Assembly (NCBI RefSeq): GCF_046119375.1
Contig: NW_027362767.1
Coordinates: forward strand, 84,010,001-84,074,000
Direction of reading: 5' to 3'
Origin: Phyllobates terribilis
Lineage: Eukaryota
Length of the DNA: 64,000 nucleotides
In this document: positions 47,519 through 58,952 of the stretch, in pieces
Layout: each line of letters opens with the position of its first letter
How positions within the stretch are numbered: position 1 is the stretch's first letter
Made by a program: the position numbers and the translations under genes
Notes under the pieces: model-generated
Databases searched by the model: none
What the model was told of the DNA's origin: nothing
Seen by the model: the letters and a program-made list of their open reading frames with translations, nothing else

Positions 47519-48458
47519 AAAAATAAAAAAACTATCAGAAAGTAAAAAAAAAAATTAAAATTTTTTTGTAAAAATATATAAAAAAAAAATCCACCAAAAA
47601 TAAAAATATAATGTACCCATCAATAAATATTATGAACAAAAAAAACAAAACAAACAATAAAAGTACACATATTTGGTATCGCCGTGTCCGGAACGACCTG
47701 ACCTATAAAATTGTCCCACTAGTTAACCCCTTCAGTGAACACTGTAAAAAAAAAACGATATAAAAAACAATGCTTTATCATCATACCGCCAAACAAAAAA
47801 TGGAAAGACACGCGATCATAAAGACGAATATAAATAAAATTGGTACCGCTGAAAACTTTATCTTGTCCTGCAAAAAACAAGCCACCACACAGCTCCATCA
47901 GCCGAAAAATAAAAAAGTTATAGCTCTCAGAATAAAGCGTTGCAAAAAAATATTTTTTTCTATAAAATTGCTTTTAATATGTAAAAGCGCCAAAACATAG
48001 AAAAACAATATAAGTGTGGTACCGCTGTAAACGTACTGACCCGAAGAATAAAGCTACCTTATCAATTTTACCACACGCAGAGCAGAATAAAACATTTTTT
48101 TTAAAAAAACAATTCCTGAATTGTTGGTTTTTGTTTATTCTGCCTCCCAAAAATCTGAATAGAAAGCGATCAAAAAATGTCACGTGCCTGAAAATGGCAC
48201 CAATAAAAACGTCAACTCATCCTGCAAAAAACAAGCCGTCACATGACTCTGTCGGCCAAAATCTGGAAAAATTATAGCTCTCAAAATATGGTGATGCAAA
48301 AACAAGATTTTACAAAAAAATGCGTCTTTTAGTGTGTGACAGCTGTCAATCATAAAAACCCGATATGATTCTGGTATCGCTGTAATCACACCGACCCAAA
48401 GAATAAAGTTGTGTAATCACTTATACCACACGAGGAACGGCGTAAAAAATAAACTCTT

Positions 48459-48525
48459 GGGTTAGGGTTGTGCTAGGGTTAGGGTTGGGGTTAGGGCTAG
48501 GGTTGGGGTTGGGTTAGGGTTGGGA
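48459..48525. repeat. Telomere-like (GGGTTA)n degenerate tract
   Basis: GGGTTAGGGTTGTGCTAGGGTTAGGGTTGGGGTTAGGGCTAGGGTTGGGGTTGGGTTAGGGTTGGGA. Confidence 0.8.
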
Positions 48526-49299
48526 TTTTTCTCCAATAACTCCCAACGACAGCACCAAAGGAGGATGTCACCCCACCCTAATAGCCTAATAGGGACAGGA
48601 AACACAAAGAGGTTAAATAGCCCCTCCCTCATCCTCCAGTGTTTTTTCCTGTCCCTATTGGGATGAAGAGGTCATCCAGGGTGCTCTGTGCCGGTGGCAG
48701 ACACCTAGCATACTTCAGCCGGGCAGCTGGGACCGGGCAGTTTTTCTGCTCCTTCCCTTATGCTGCTCCCGTCTCCTCCGGGACTCGGGACCCCTGTCCC
48801 CACTGAGTCCGCGCCTGCGGGTAAGGTCCGGTGGGTGTCGGGCTGGAGGCCTCCTCGAGCTCTCCTCCCCCCTCTCAAGGCGGCCTCCGGCAGTCTCCAT
48901 AGCGGAGAGGCACGTGCTGAATCCCGGAAGTGACGCGGACCGCCGATAACATCACTTCCGGTGTGCGTTCCACCCTGGAACGCAGTAACTTGGAAACGGC
49001 CGGAAAGTGACGTGGCACGCCGGAAAAGGGTCCCTTAAGTCACTTCCGGTCCGTTTGGGCTCTAAGTAGAGAGAGAGAGAAAAAAAAAGCAAATAATAAA
49101 TAACCCCGCAGGTGATCGCAGGTGTTCCTGCTTCACCAATTGGACCAAGGGGGAGGAGCCTTGCCACCCCTCTCCCCAGGGAAAGAGGGAGAGCGCTGAG
49201 TCCAGTCGCCTATATAAGAGCCCTGGACTGAAGACATCTAAGGTAGGACCTAATCCTTTTCGTATTGTTACATTGGATGGTCAGGAATCTATCTTCTCC

Positions 49300-50682
49300 A
49301 TGTCTGCGGAGCCCAGTGCAATTCCAGTCCCAGTAAGTCTGGCACTGGGGGTCCTTTCCTAGGTGCAGGTTAGAATTGATGCATTAATTACCCTTCTCCC
49401 TCTTTTTTAGGGGGACAAGGATCCTGCACCAGGAAATAAATCTAGCCGAAAATGTGCTATATGTTCAAAAAAACTATTTTCTTCAAGCAAAAAATATTTA
49501 TGCCAAAAATGCACAGAGAAGATTTTGAGGGAAGAACAGCCGTCCCTCATAGACGAGATCAAAGGGATAGTCCGTCAGGAGGTTCAGTCTTCATTGGCCT
49601 CCTTTTCCCGATCCACTTCTGATTCGCCTCCAGAGGCAAAACAGAGGAAAATTTCCCTGGAAGGGAAAGAAGACTCGGACTCCCAGGACGAGATGTTCCT
49701 TCCAGAAGACCCTATAGAGGAAGGTGAACTTAGTCCAGCAGAGGAAGGTCTGGAAAATAAGAAATATTATTTCTCAATGGAATTTATGGAAGACCTCCTC
49801 TCAGCAGTAAGAAGAACGATGGAAGTGGAAGAAGAGAAGCCCACTAGATCAGTCCAGGAAGAGATGTTCGGTGATCTCCGCTCAAAGAAAAAGATGGTGT
49901 TCCCAATACATAAAAACATTCAGGATCTAATCCTGGACGAATGGGAAAATCCTGAAAGATGACTGAATACACCAGCAGAATTGAAAGACATGTTTCCCGT
50001 AGATGAAGAAACCTCAAAATGTTGGACCAAGATACCTAAGGTCGATATTCAGGTGGCAAGAGTCGCTAAAAAGACAGTATTGCCATTCGAAGACTCATCG
50101 CAACTAAAGGATCCTCTGGACCGCAAGATGGACAGCCTTCTCAGAAAATCCTGGGAAACATCAGCAGTCCTTCTGAACACAAACGTAGTCTCTACGTGTG
50201 TTGCACGGTCCATGTCAAGATGGCTCAACCATCTTGAAGAGCACCTAGCTATGGGCACATCCAGAGAGGAGATACAAGCTTCCCTACCTTTACTGCAGAA
50301 AGCCACTGACTTCCTGGCGGATGCTTCAGCGGAATCTGTGAGGGTAACCTCCAGGGCAGCAGTCCTATCGAACTCCACAAGACGAGCACTATGGCTGAAA
50401 TCGTGGAGCGGTGACGTGGCTTCTAAAATAAAACTTTGCTCCATTCCCTTCAGGGGAGAATATATGTTTGGCCAGGCCCTTGACGACCTCCTAGAGAAGG
50501 CGGCTGATAAAAAGAAATCCCTGCCTGAACCCAGACACTACAAGAAGACCCCCTTTCGCCCCCCTCGGGAACAGAATCCCCAGTACAGGGGGAAAGGCAA
50601 GTCCGGTCGGTGGAGCTACCCCAAAGGGGGGAAAGATAGGAATATTTTTTTCCCAAAAGGACAGCGACAACAGAAGCGGTGA
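49300..50682 (+). pseudogene. DIRS ORF1 (gag-like), spliced 49300-49332 + 49411-50682, with one nonsense codon
   Basis: MSAEPSAIPVP|GDKDPAPG..CAIC-x13-CQKC..EEQPSL...; TGA at 49960-49962 is followed in frame by LNTPAELKDMFP; about 434 codons in total. Confidence 0.8.
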
Positions 50683-51761
50683 CGCCAGAGCAGTGGGGGG
50701 TCGAATCATGAAATACCTTCCCCAATGGCAAAAGATCTGCTCCACTCAATGGGTCTTGAAGGTAATTCAAGAAGGGGTAAAGATCGAATTCTCCACATAT
50801 CCTCCAAGAAAAGTAAGGATAACTCGTCTAACCTTCCCGAGATTAAGAACCGCACTGATGTCCGGCCTAAAAGACCTAGTATCCTTGGGGGCTATTTCAC
50901 CGGTCCCAAAACAGAAAGACACACAGGCCACTATTCACGCCTGTTTATGATAAAGAAACCAAACGGCACCTACAGAATAATAATAAATCTGAAACCCTTA
51001 AACCAATACATCATCTACAGAAGATTCAAAATGGAGTCCATCAGATCAGCAGTTCCCTTGATAGAACAAGGATATGTGATGGCAACCATCGGCTTACAGG
51101 ACGCATACTATCACGTCCCTATACATCCAACATACCTCAAATTTCTAAGGTTTGCGGTGGTTCAAGAGGATCAAACGTTGCATTTTCAATTCAACGTATT
51201 GTCGTTCGGGATATCCTCAGCACCAAGAATATTCACCAAAATTATGTCAGAGGTAGTGGCTTCAATCAGGAAAGAAAAAATCTGCATCATTCCCTACCTC
51301 GACGACTTCTTACTAGTAGGTCCCTCAGTGGAAACACTCCAGGAACATCTGCAGAGAACAATCCAAATCCTGACCACCCTAGGGTGGTTGATAAATCATC
51401 AAAAGTCAGACCTGGTCCCGGCCACAGAAAAAACATTTCAGGGTGTTCTACTAGACTCCGCCAGACAAACCTCCTTCCTACCGAAAGGCAAACAGATACT
51501 TTTGAGATCCAAGATATCAAAGCTGAAGGCCCTGAACAGAGTGTCCCTAAGGTCTGCCATGTCAACCCTCGGCTCCATGACAGCCTGCATCCAATCCGTA
51601 GCCTGGGCTCAGGCTCACACCAAGGTGTTGCAAACCCATATTCTTGCACAGTGGGACGGATCCCCAGACTCCCTAAACAGGAGGATCATGATCCCTCATT
51701 ATGTGAAGACATCCCTATCATGGTGGCTCAGCCCAAAAAACCTAGGAACAGGGGTTCCATG
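50681..51761 (+). pseudogene. DIRS reverse transcriptase (frameshifted; first catalytic Asp replaced)
   Basis: VGGRI..W..I....WVL..IQEG, then a frameshift near 50925 to YSRLFMIKKPNGTYR..TIGLQDAY (usually xDLKDAY)..FGISSAPRIF..PYLDD. Confidence 0.88.
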
Positions 51762-52866
51762 TGTGATGCCCAGCTGCGCTTGGTATCACAGATCCTGAAA
51801 GAGTGCATTGATGGATTCCTCCACAAGAGGCCCCCATAACCATTCACACATCTCCACCTTCCACCTCAGACCAGCAGAGGGAGCCCATTAGGGAGATAAA
51901 TAGGGAAGGTGGAGCCAGGCAGTTCAGTCTGTTGAGAGAGTTCCTGCAGTAGAGAAGCCTGAGAGAGGTCAGCCTGCAGTGGAGCACAGTCAAGACTCAG
52001 TGTAGCTCAGAGAAGTGAGCTTTAGGTGTGCCAGCGCCATAAGATCGGTGAAGCGCGGCAAGCTGCCGTTAGTGTGAGTAGCCTAGTGAGGGCCCGAGTA
52101 GGCCGAAGGCGAGTGGAGAGTTAGTACATAGGGGGCAGAGGAGCTTAACTTGCTCACCCCGAAGCATTTACCGGACACCGGGTCCGAAGCTTACCGGGAT
52201 CTCTATGAACCAGTAAGGTATAACCGGAATCCCTGGAAAACTACAAGTCCCAGGATTGCTAAAGAGCTGATACATAACAGAGCCGGGAGACGCTTAGGCC
52301 CCGCATACCGGGAGCGTGTACTCCAAGAAAAGGCCCTACCATAAGGTCAGCCAGCGCAGGATGGAGACAAAGTTAGGCCTAGCTCCAGGCAGGTCAGAAA
52401 CTTACTACGCAGAGGCAAGTAACAGGAGGCCCTACACCCGCTCATTGGGGAGGATCCTGACATGCACCCTTCACCCTACAGTGCTCCGGGACGTGCCTGA
52501 ATTTCCATCACTAAAAGGTACTGAAGTGACTATCGTGTCTGTCCCTGTTCTTGCTCTGACCCGGCTGGGTCTCGCCTGTCCTGCATCCCCCTGCATACAC
52601 TGCCCTGGGGCCTAGCTCCACCTGTGGGGAGCTATACCATCGAGCTGCCTTATCATCGGCCTCAGTGGACTGCGCAGTGCTGGTGATCCTCACCAGAAGC
52701 CACAGGTGGCGTCATGAACTTTCATAAAACTAAAATTAACCAACAATTCCTTTTTAAAGAGAGACCCCAGGGTACGGGCCCGGGAGCCGACCACCGCGAC
52801 ATCCCCAAGGCCAGGCAAAGGCCCGGGTACCGAGTCATCCCCATCCCCTGGGCTAGTCATCTCTCC

Positions 52867-52884
52867 TGGCGTCATGAACAGGAT
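52867..52884 (+). other. Primer-binding site, probably tRNA-Ser(CGA)
   Basis: TGGCGTCATGAACAGGAT is one transition from the complement of ...ATCCTGTTCGTGACGCCA (vertebrate tRNA-Ser(CGA) 3' end, recalled, not searched); 7 nt after the LTR end. Confidence 0.7.
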
Positions 52885-53247
52885 CACGTGCCCGCTGCAA
52901 CGCCGCAGTGTTATGCCCGTTGCCACCGGGTACTGTGCGCCTTTATTCTGAACTGTGTACGTAAAGTTGTGGTGAAGATTGCCGCCATTGTTGGGCCGCC
53001 GAGCGAGAAGAAGGGTGTAACCGCGGGAAAATTAGGGGCGTACCTGCAAAAGAGCGCGAAGCCCCGGACACGCCCCACGCCTCGACGTCAAACCAGGAAG
53101 CGCCAGGTCCTGTAAGGAGCGTCGCCGAACGCTCTGACGTAGGACGCAAGCGACGCAAGGTCCTGAAGACGACCGTCACCTGCGGAGCTGCGGCCTACCG
53201 GAAGAAAAACTAGAAGGTAGGCCACGGTTAACTAGGGGGGCGCCAAG

Positions 53248-54311
53248 ATGTCCGACGAACAGCAGAACGCCGACATGCCGGTCAACGTCCCTGAAGTTCA
53301 GCCCGCGCCCGATGATGAGCAGGCCGAAGCCGCCGCTCCACCAACAGCGCCTGTAACACCAGTAATTCCTATGACTTTACCGTACATTCCTGGAGCAAAG
53401 TGGCTCCCCCAGTACAACGGCAAACCAGATACCCTGTCTGGATTCAAACGGAAGATATGTGGTATCTTAGACATGTACTCTATGACAGGCAAGCAAAGAG
53501 CTGCTGTCGTATTAGGACAACTGACCGATGCTGCGGAACGGGAAGTGGAAACATGGTCGGCCGCAGACCAAGAGTCAGTGTCCACAATATTCCAAAAACC
53601 ACAGACTGTCTTTGAGAACCTTACAGAGGCGGACCTCCGGATGAGGTTCTACAGCTGTTCCCAACAGCCGAAGGACAATGTTCGAGACTACGCCTGGCGT
53701 CTACAGGGGGCCCTGCGGGCTCTTAAACAGGTCAGTCCAACCAGCATAGAAAATGAGAACAAAATGCTGAAGGAACAGTTTGTCCGGGGACTGAAGTCTC
53801 CAGAGGAGAGCAGGACTGTGCGTTGGTGGTCCCTGGATCATCCAGATGCCACCTTTGACAATCTTAAGGACATGGCTATAAAAGGACTGCAGCCCCTGGA
53901 AACAAATGCCATCCAATGTTACCAGGGTCGGGCTACCCCAGTGCCTGATACACCCACCTTTTCGCCAGTGGCTGCTGAAGCCAAGGTTCCAGCAACGTCC
54001 CCTAGAGAACTGGACAGTCAGTGCTCTGAAGTGCGTCAGTTGAGCAAAACCCTGACCACTGTGCTGAGTGCTCTGCAGCTGCGGGAATGGAGCCCGAGGA
54101 AGGAGGGAAAATCCTGTTAGCCGATAGCCCTGAGGATGTCCCCTGGATGCGAAGGAGGAGGAGGCCAACACCACCCTCACCGAGGACCAGTGACCAACGC
54201 CGTCCACAAAAGGACCTTACCTGCTACCGCTGCCGCAAGACCAGACACATCGCCCAGAATTGTCCTTTAAACGACAAAACCCTGGGTCCGAGGGCCGACA
54301 CCCAGGAGTAA
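53248..54311 (+). CDS. Gypsy gag: 290-aa ORF (53248-54120) plus a CCHC-knuckle segment in the -1 frame (to 54311)
   Basis: Capsid-like ORF; CYRCRKTRHIAQNC zinc knuckle lies in ORF 54087-54311. Confidence 0.8.
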
Positions 54312-57300
54312 GCTCACCAGGCCCATCAGACTGGTACAACAGGTTCGTTGGAGGAAGACCTTTCCTGTCCATTGTGTTGGACGGGATCCCGACGCACGCT
54401 CTGCTGGACACAGGATCTCAGGTAACCATCATGCCTGACGTCCTCTACAAGAGGTTCTGGTCCATGGACGACCTAAGTCTGCCAGCTCCAAATCTTTCTG
54501 TATATGCCTCAAACGGACTCCCCCTTAACCTACTCGGGGTTAAAAATGTGACTGTAAAAGTGGGGAGAGTGGAGCTGAAGGACCAGCGGCTAATTGTAGT
54601 AGAGACTAATCCTGATGACACCAATCCGTATATGGTACTTGGCACTAACATTGTTGGTAACTGTTTGGGAGAAGTTGTGTTCTTGCTCCAACAGATAGCT
54701 GACACTGCCAGACCAGGACAGAGGAGGGCACTGCAGAAGGAGATCCGAGTCCTGATGTACCAACAGCAAGTGAGGTTAACGGAAGGTGAAATTGGTAATG
54801 TGTGCGTAACGGACCCCATACCCATTGTCATCCCCCCAATGAGTGAAATGCTCATCTGGTGTAGAGCTGCCATAGGTCTTAGAGGACAGAGCTACCAGGC
54901 GGTAGTAGAACCCCTTTGCTCTGAGCATAGACCCACACTCTTAACCGCCAGGGGAGTGGTAGATGTACGTAATGGGAGGGTGCCTGTCCATCTTCTCAAT
55001 TGTGGGGAAGATGAGGTCAGGTTGCCACGTTATGCCACTGTTGCCAAATTACATGCTGTAAATAACAACTGCATTCACAAGGCGGAGTCCTTAACCTCAC
55101 CAGATGAAGTGGAGGATAATGACCCTGCAACCCAGGTGGAGGATTGGTGTCAACTGCTCCATGTTGGGACAGACACCACTCCTGCCCATCAAAAACAGGG
55201 TGTACACCGGGTGGTTCAAGAATACTCGCAGGTGTTCAGTAAACATCCACTTGACTTCGGGAGGATTAAGGGGGTTCAACATCATATCCCCACAGGCGAC
55301 CATTCCCCAATCAAAGAACGTTACAGGCCTATACCACCGGCTCACTACCAGAAGGCAAAGGAGATGTTGCAAGACATGAGAAAGGCGGGGGTAATAAGGG
55401 ATAGTTGTCGTCCCTGGGCAGCTCCCCTAGTGCTAGTCAGGAAAAAGGACGGGAGCATGAGAATGTGTGTAGATTACCGTCAAGTAAATCGCATTACACA
55501 TAAAGATGCATACCCTTTACCATGCATAGAGGAGTCCCTAGCTGCCTTAAAGTCTGCAAATTACTTTTCCACCCTTGACCTCACTAGTGGGTACTGGCAA
55601 GTAGCTGTGGCTGAGGAGGATCGGGAGAAGACGGCCTTTACCACCCCGATGGGACTCTGTGAGTTCAACAGTATGCCGTTTGGACTCTGCAATGCCCCCG
55701 GAACGTTCCAGAGATTGATGGAGTGCTGCCTGGGACACCGCAACTTCGAGACTGTGTTACTTTACCTGGACGACGTAATAGTGTATTCCAGAACGTACGA
55801 GGACCACTTGAAACACCTGGCAGAGGTATTTGAGTCACTGTCCCGGTACGGGATGAAGTTGAAGCCCTCAAAGTGCCACCTGCTCAAGAAAAAGGTACAG
55901 TACCTGGGGCACATTGTCAGTCCGGAGGGGGTAGCACCAGACCCGGAGAAAGTCACAGCCATCCAGAAGTGGCCGGAGCCGAAGAACCTCAAGGAGGTGC
56001 ATCAGTTTTTGGGACTAGTAGGATACTACCAGAGGTTTGTAAAAGACTATACTAAAAAAGCAGCTCCTCTGCAAGACCTCCTGGTAGGGCCATCCCCCAA
56101 AGGCAGAAACCCCCCATTCCACTGGGGTAAGGAGCAAACCGAGTCATTTCAGGAGATGAAGGAGATCCTGACAGGCGATGAGATCCTAGCCTACCCTGAC
56201 TACAGCCAACCGTTCCTGCTGTATACAAATGCCAGCAACGAAGGGCTGGGCGCTGTCCTAAGTCAGAAGCAGAATGGCCAGGAGAAGGTAATCGCATACG
56301 CAAGCAGGAAGCTCCGCCCGACTGAGAGGAACCCAGAGAACTATAGCAGTTTTAAGTTGGAGTTCCTGGCCTTGGTCTGGGCCATCACCGAGAGATTTAA
56401 GCATTACCTAGCCTCCAGTAAGTTTACTGCCTTTACTGATAACAACCCCTTGATCCATCTTGAAACAGCTAAGTTGGGAGCGCTGGAACAACGATGGATG
56501 GCACGGCTGTCAAATTACCAATTTACAATTAAATACCGGGTGGGCCTCAAGAACGCCAACGCCGATATCCTGTCTAGGATGCCTCACCAGTCAGACACAG
56601 AAGAAGAAGTGGATGACCTGGAAGAGATTGCGCTACCTGTCTTTCACGGGAATGGGATGATCCACGAGCAACGAGCCTCCAGGAAGCAGCGTGGAAAGAC
56701 GTTAAACCCCCTGCCTCACCACAGCTGGAAAGAGACCCAGGACAGTGACCCGGTTGTCAGCCGCATCAAGGAGCTGATAACCCAAGAAGGTGCCTCCCTG
56801 GAGAAGGAAGCGTCTCTGCAAGCAAAGCAGCTGTGGAACGAGAGAAGCCGACTGTTTATCTACCGTGAGAAACTGTGCCGGAGGTACGTCAATCCAAGAA
56901 CCCATGAGATGGTATGGCAGATAGTGGTCCCGAAGACAGACATCCAGATGGTATTAGAAGTTTACCACGATCAGGCGGGGCACTTTGGCTGTAAAAAGCT
57001 AGAGACCCTGCTGAAATGTCGATTTTACTGGGTAGGAATGCGCAGCTCCATTGAACGGTGGTGCCGAGACTGTGGACCCTGTGGCCTTAGAAGAAAAGAC
57101 TACAGCAGCCAGAAGGCACCCCTGCAACCCATCAAGATGACTCGACCCCTGGAGATCGTGGCCCTGGACCATGTCAAGCTGTCCCCCAGCAGGTCAGGAT
57201 ACTCTTATGCTCTGACCATGGTGGATCACTACTCACGTTTCCTGGTGGTCGCCCCCGTCAAAGACCTGACAGCAGAGACAGCAGCAAAGACGTTCCAGGC

Positions 57301-58405
57301 GTGTTTCTGCAGACCCCATGGGTACCCTGAGCAGGTGCTGACGGACGAAGGCCCGGCCTTTGAGGCTGAATTGTTTAAGGAGTTCTGCCATTTGTACGGT
57401 TGTAAAAAGATAAGAACTACACCATACCACCCCCACACAAACGGTCTCTGTGAGAAGATGAATAACATCATCATCGACCTGCTGAAGACCATACCACTTG
57501 AGGAGAGAAACCAGTGGCTGGACCTACTACCTGACTTAGTAGATCTATATAATCATATACCAGTAAGTTCCACCAATTGCACTTTGGCATATCTCATGCG
57601 GGCAAGGCCAGGGAAGCTGCCCATGGATCTGGAGCTTGGTGTTGTTGAGCCTGAAGCTGATATGACCACTGAGGACTGGGACACGACCATACAAGAGCAG
57701 TACAGAAGAGTACAAGCCTGTGTCGAGGACAGTCTCACTCGGGTGAGAGAAAAGCAAGAGGCGCACTACAAGAACGCACCCGCAGAACCCTTCACACCTG
57801 GTGAAACAGTATTGAAAAGAAAAAGACGCAACCACAAACTTGATGACCAGTGGGAAAAAGAACCCTACACTGTGTTACCGTCAAGATTTGATAACAAAAA
57901 GACCTGCATAATCAGTCGAGATGGAGGAAGGACGACTGCAACAGTGTCCAGGGACCACCTAAAGTTGTGTCCAGACTTACTGAAACCCCAAGATGAAGTG
58001 CCTCTCACAATCCCGGAAGAACGTAAAGAAACAGTGATCCACACTGATTTAGGAGATTTCCCGGCAGATTGGCCTCAAATAGGAGGTGCAGTAATCATTC
58101 CAGTACTCCAATTCTATGAACAGCCTGAAAACCCTCCACAGCAAGTTGAACCTGTAAGTGCTGCAGAAGAGCCCGCTCAAGAAGTATCCCCGGATGAAGG
58201 ATCCCCGGTAGGAGCAGAGCAAGAGGGCCCAGCCAATGGTGAACTTGCCAGCCCAAGAGAGAGGTTAAGGCAGTTTTACTACTTAATCACACGTAGAACT
58301 GGTAGGGTAACTGAAAATACAGACTCTGATACCCCACAGACCACCGCACTACGCAGATCAACACGTAGCACGAGAAGTAAACCCCCTGTTAGGTACACCC
58401 AGTAA
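54260..58405 (+). CDS. Gypsy pol polyprotein (protease, RT, RNase H, integrase), 1381 codons open
   Basis: LLDTGS; LCNAPGTFQR and YLDD; RNase H YTNAS (D replaced by N); integrase HxxxxH/CxxC, ALDH, LTDEG and GLCEK. Confidence 0.95.
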   Translation: MSFKRQNPGSEGRHPGVSSPGPSDWYNRFVGGRPFLSIVLDGIPTHALLDTGSQVTIMPDVLYKRFWSMDDLSLPAPNLSVYASNGLPLNLLGVKNVTVKVGRVELKDQRLIVVETNPDDTNPYMVLGTNIVGNCLGEVVFLLQQIADTARPGQRRALQKEIRVLMYQQQVRLTEGEIGNVCVTDPIPIVIPPMSEMLIWCRAAIGLRGQSYQAVVEPLCSEHRPTLLTARGVVDVRNGRVPVHLLNCGEDEVRLPRYATVAKLHAVNNNCIHKAESLTSPDEVEDNDPATQVEDWCQLLHVGTDTTPAHQKQGVHRVVQEYSQVFSKHPLDFGRIKGVQHHIPTGDHSPIKERYRPIPPAHYQKAKEMLQDMRKAGVIRDSCRPWAAPLVLVRKKDGSMRMCVDYRQVNRITHKDAYPLPCIEESLAALKSANYFSTLDLTSGYWQVAVAEEDREKTAFTTPMGLCEFNSMPFGLCNAPGTFQRLMECCLGHRNFETVLLYLDDVIVYSRTYEDHLKHLAEVFESLSRYGMKLKPSKCHLLKKKVQYLGHIVSPEGVAPDPEKVTAIQKWPEPKNLKEVHQFLGLVGYYQRFVKDYTKKAAPLQDLLVGPSPKGRNPPFHWGKEQTESFQEMKEILTGDEILAYPDYSQPFLLYTNASNEGLGAVLSQKQNGQEKVIAYASRKLRPTERNPENYSSFKLEFLALVWAITERFKHYLASSKFTAFTDNNPLIHLETAKLGALEQRWMARLSNYQFTIKYRVGLKNANADILSRMPHQSDTEEEVDDLEEIALPVFHGNGMIHEQRASRKQRGKTLNPLPHHSWKETQDSDPVVSRIKELITQEGASLEKEASLQAKQLWNERSRLFIYREKLCRRYVNPRTHEMVWQIVVPKTDIQMVLEVYHDQAGHFGCKKLETLLKCRFYWVGMRSSIERWCRDCGPCGLRRKDYSSQKAPLQPIKMTRPLEIVALDHVKLSPSRSGYSYALTMVDHYSRFLVVAPVKDLTAETAAKTFQACFCRPHGYPEQVLTDEGPAFEAELFKEFCHLYGCKKIRTTPYHPHTNGLCEKMNNIIIDLLKTIPLEERNQWLDLLPDLVDLYNHIPVSSTNCTLAYLMRARPGKLPMDLELGVVEPEADMTTEDWDTTIQEQYRRVQACVEDSLTRVREKQEAHYKNAPAEPFTPGETVLKRKRRNHKLDDQWEKEPYTVLPSRFDNKKTCIISRDGGRTTATVSRDHLKLCPDLLKPQDEVPLTIPEERKETVIHTDLGDFPADWPQIGGAVIIPVLQFYEQPENPPQQVEPVSAAEEPAQEVSPDEGSPVGAEQEGPANGELASPRERLRQFYYLITRRTGRVTENTDSDTPQTTALRRSTRSTRSKPPVRYTQ

Positions 58406-58937
58406 ATAGTCAAATTTCTGAGAATGTAGATAATTACCCCTGGGGTATTAAACTGTATTATTGTATATTACTTTGTGTTTTGCCTTATTGATGAACAGTT
58501 TAAGTGATATGGACACTTTGCCTATTTACTTCTTTATTTACCAAAGAACTGGGTGGCTGAGGACTGTGTGCAGCCCAAAAACTGCTTTTGTATATAATTG
58601 CGCTCCTTGGAGTGCCCTTCTAGGTGACCTCAGAAGGAAAACCTGTCGGGAGCGGCACTATTGGAGGTCCAACTCGGGATCTTCATGCCCTGCAGCCACC
58701 CCAGGGCCTACGTAGAGGGTTTAGGACAGGTTACTCAAAAACCACCAAGTACTCTACCTTGTGAGATGGACATCCTTCTTGGGAACCTCACCATAGGAGA
58801 CTCGAATTCTGAGGACACTCTGTATTTGTTATTGTTATGTAACGTTTAAGATTGGTGCCTCCCATAAAGGGAAGATTGTTCATGTTTCCTATTGTTATTG
58901 TTTTATAAAAATGTACTTCAGCCCGGGAGTGCTGAGC

Positions 58938-58952
58938 TTAACTAGGGGGGAA
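58938..58952 (+). other. Polypurine tract of the Gypsy element
   Basis: AGGGGGGAA directly before the 3' LTR TG. Confidence 0.85.

Larger units (their letters stand above)
44654..48525 (+). mobile_element. Non-autonomous piggyBac-like element hosting the CR1 (and probably the DIRS) insertion
   Basis: Left end TTAA CCCCTT with subterminal GACGTATTAATACG repeats; AT-rich internal sequence resumes after the CR1; right end not seen. Confidence 0.5.

Noticed and set aside
48459-48525. True telomere or chromosome-fusion scar
   Set aside because: Short, degenerate, in a single orientation and embedded in transposon sequence.
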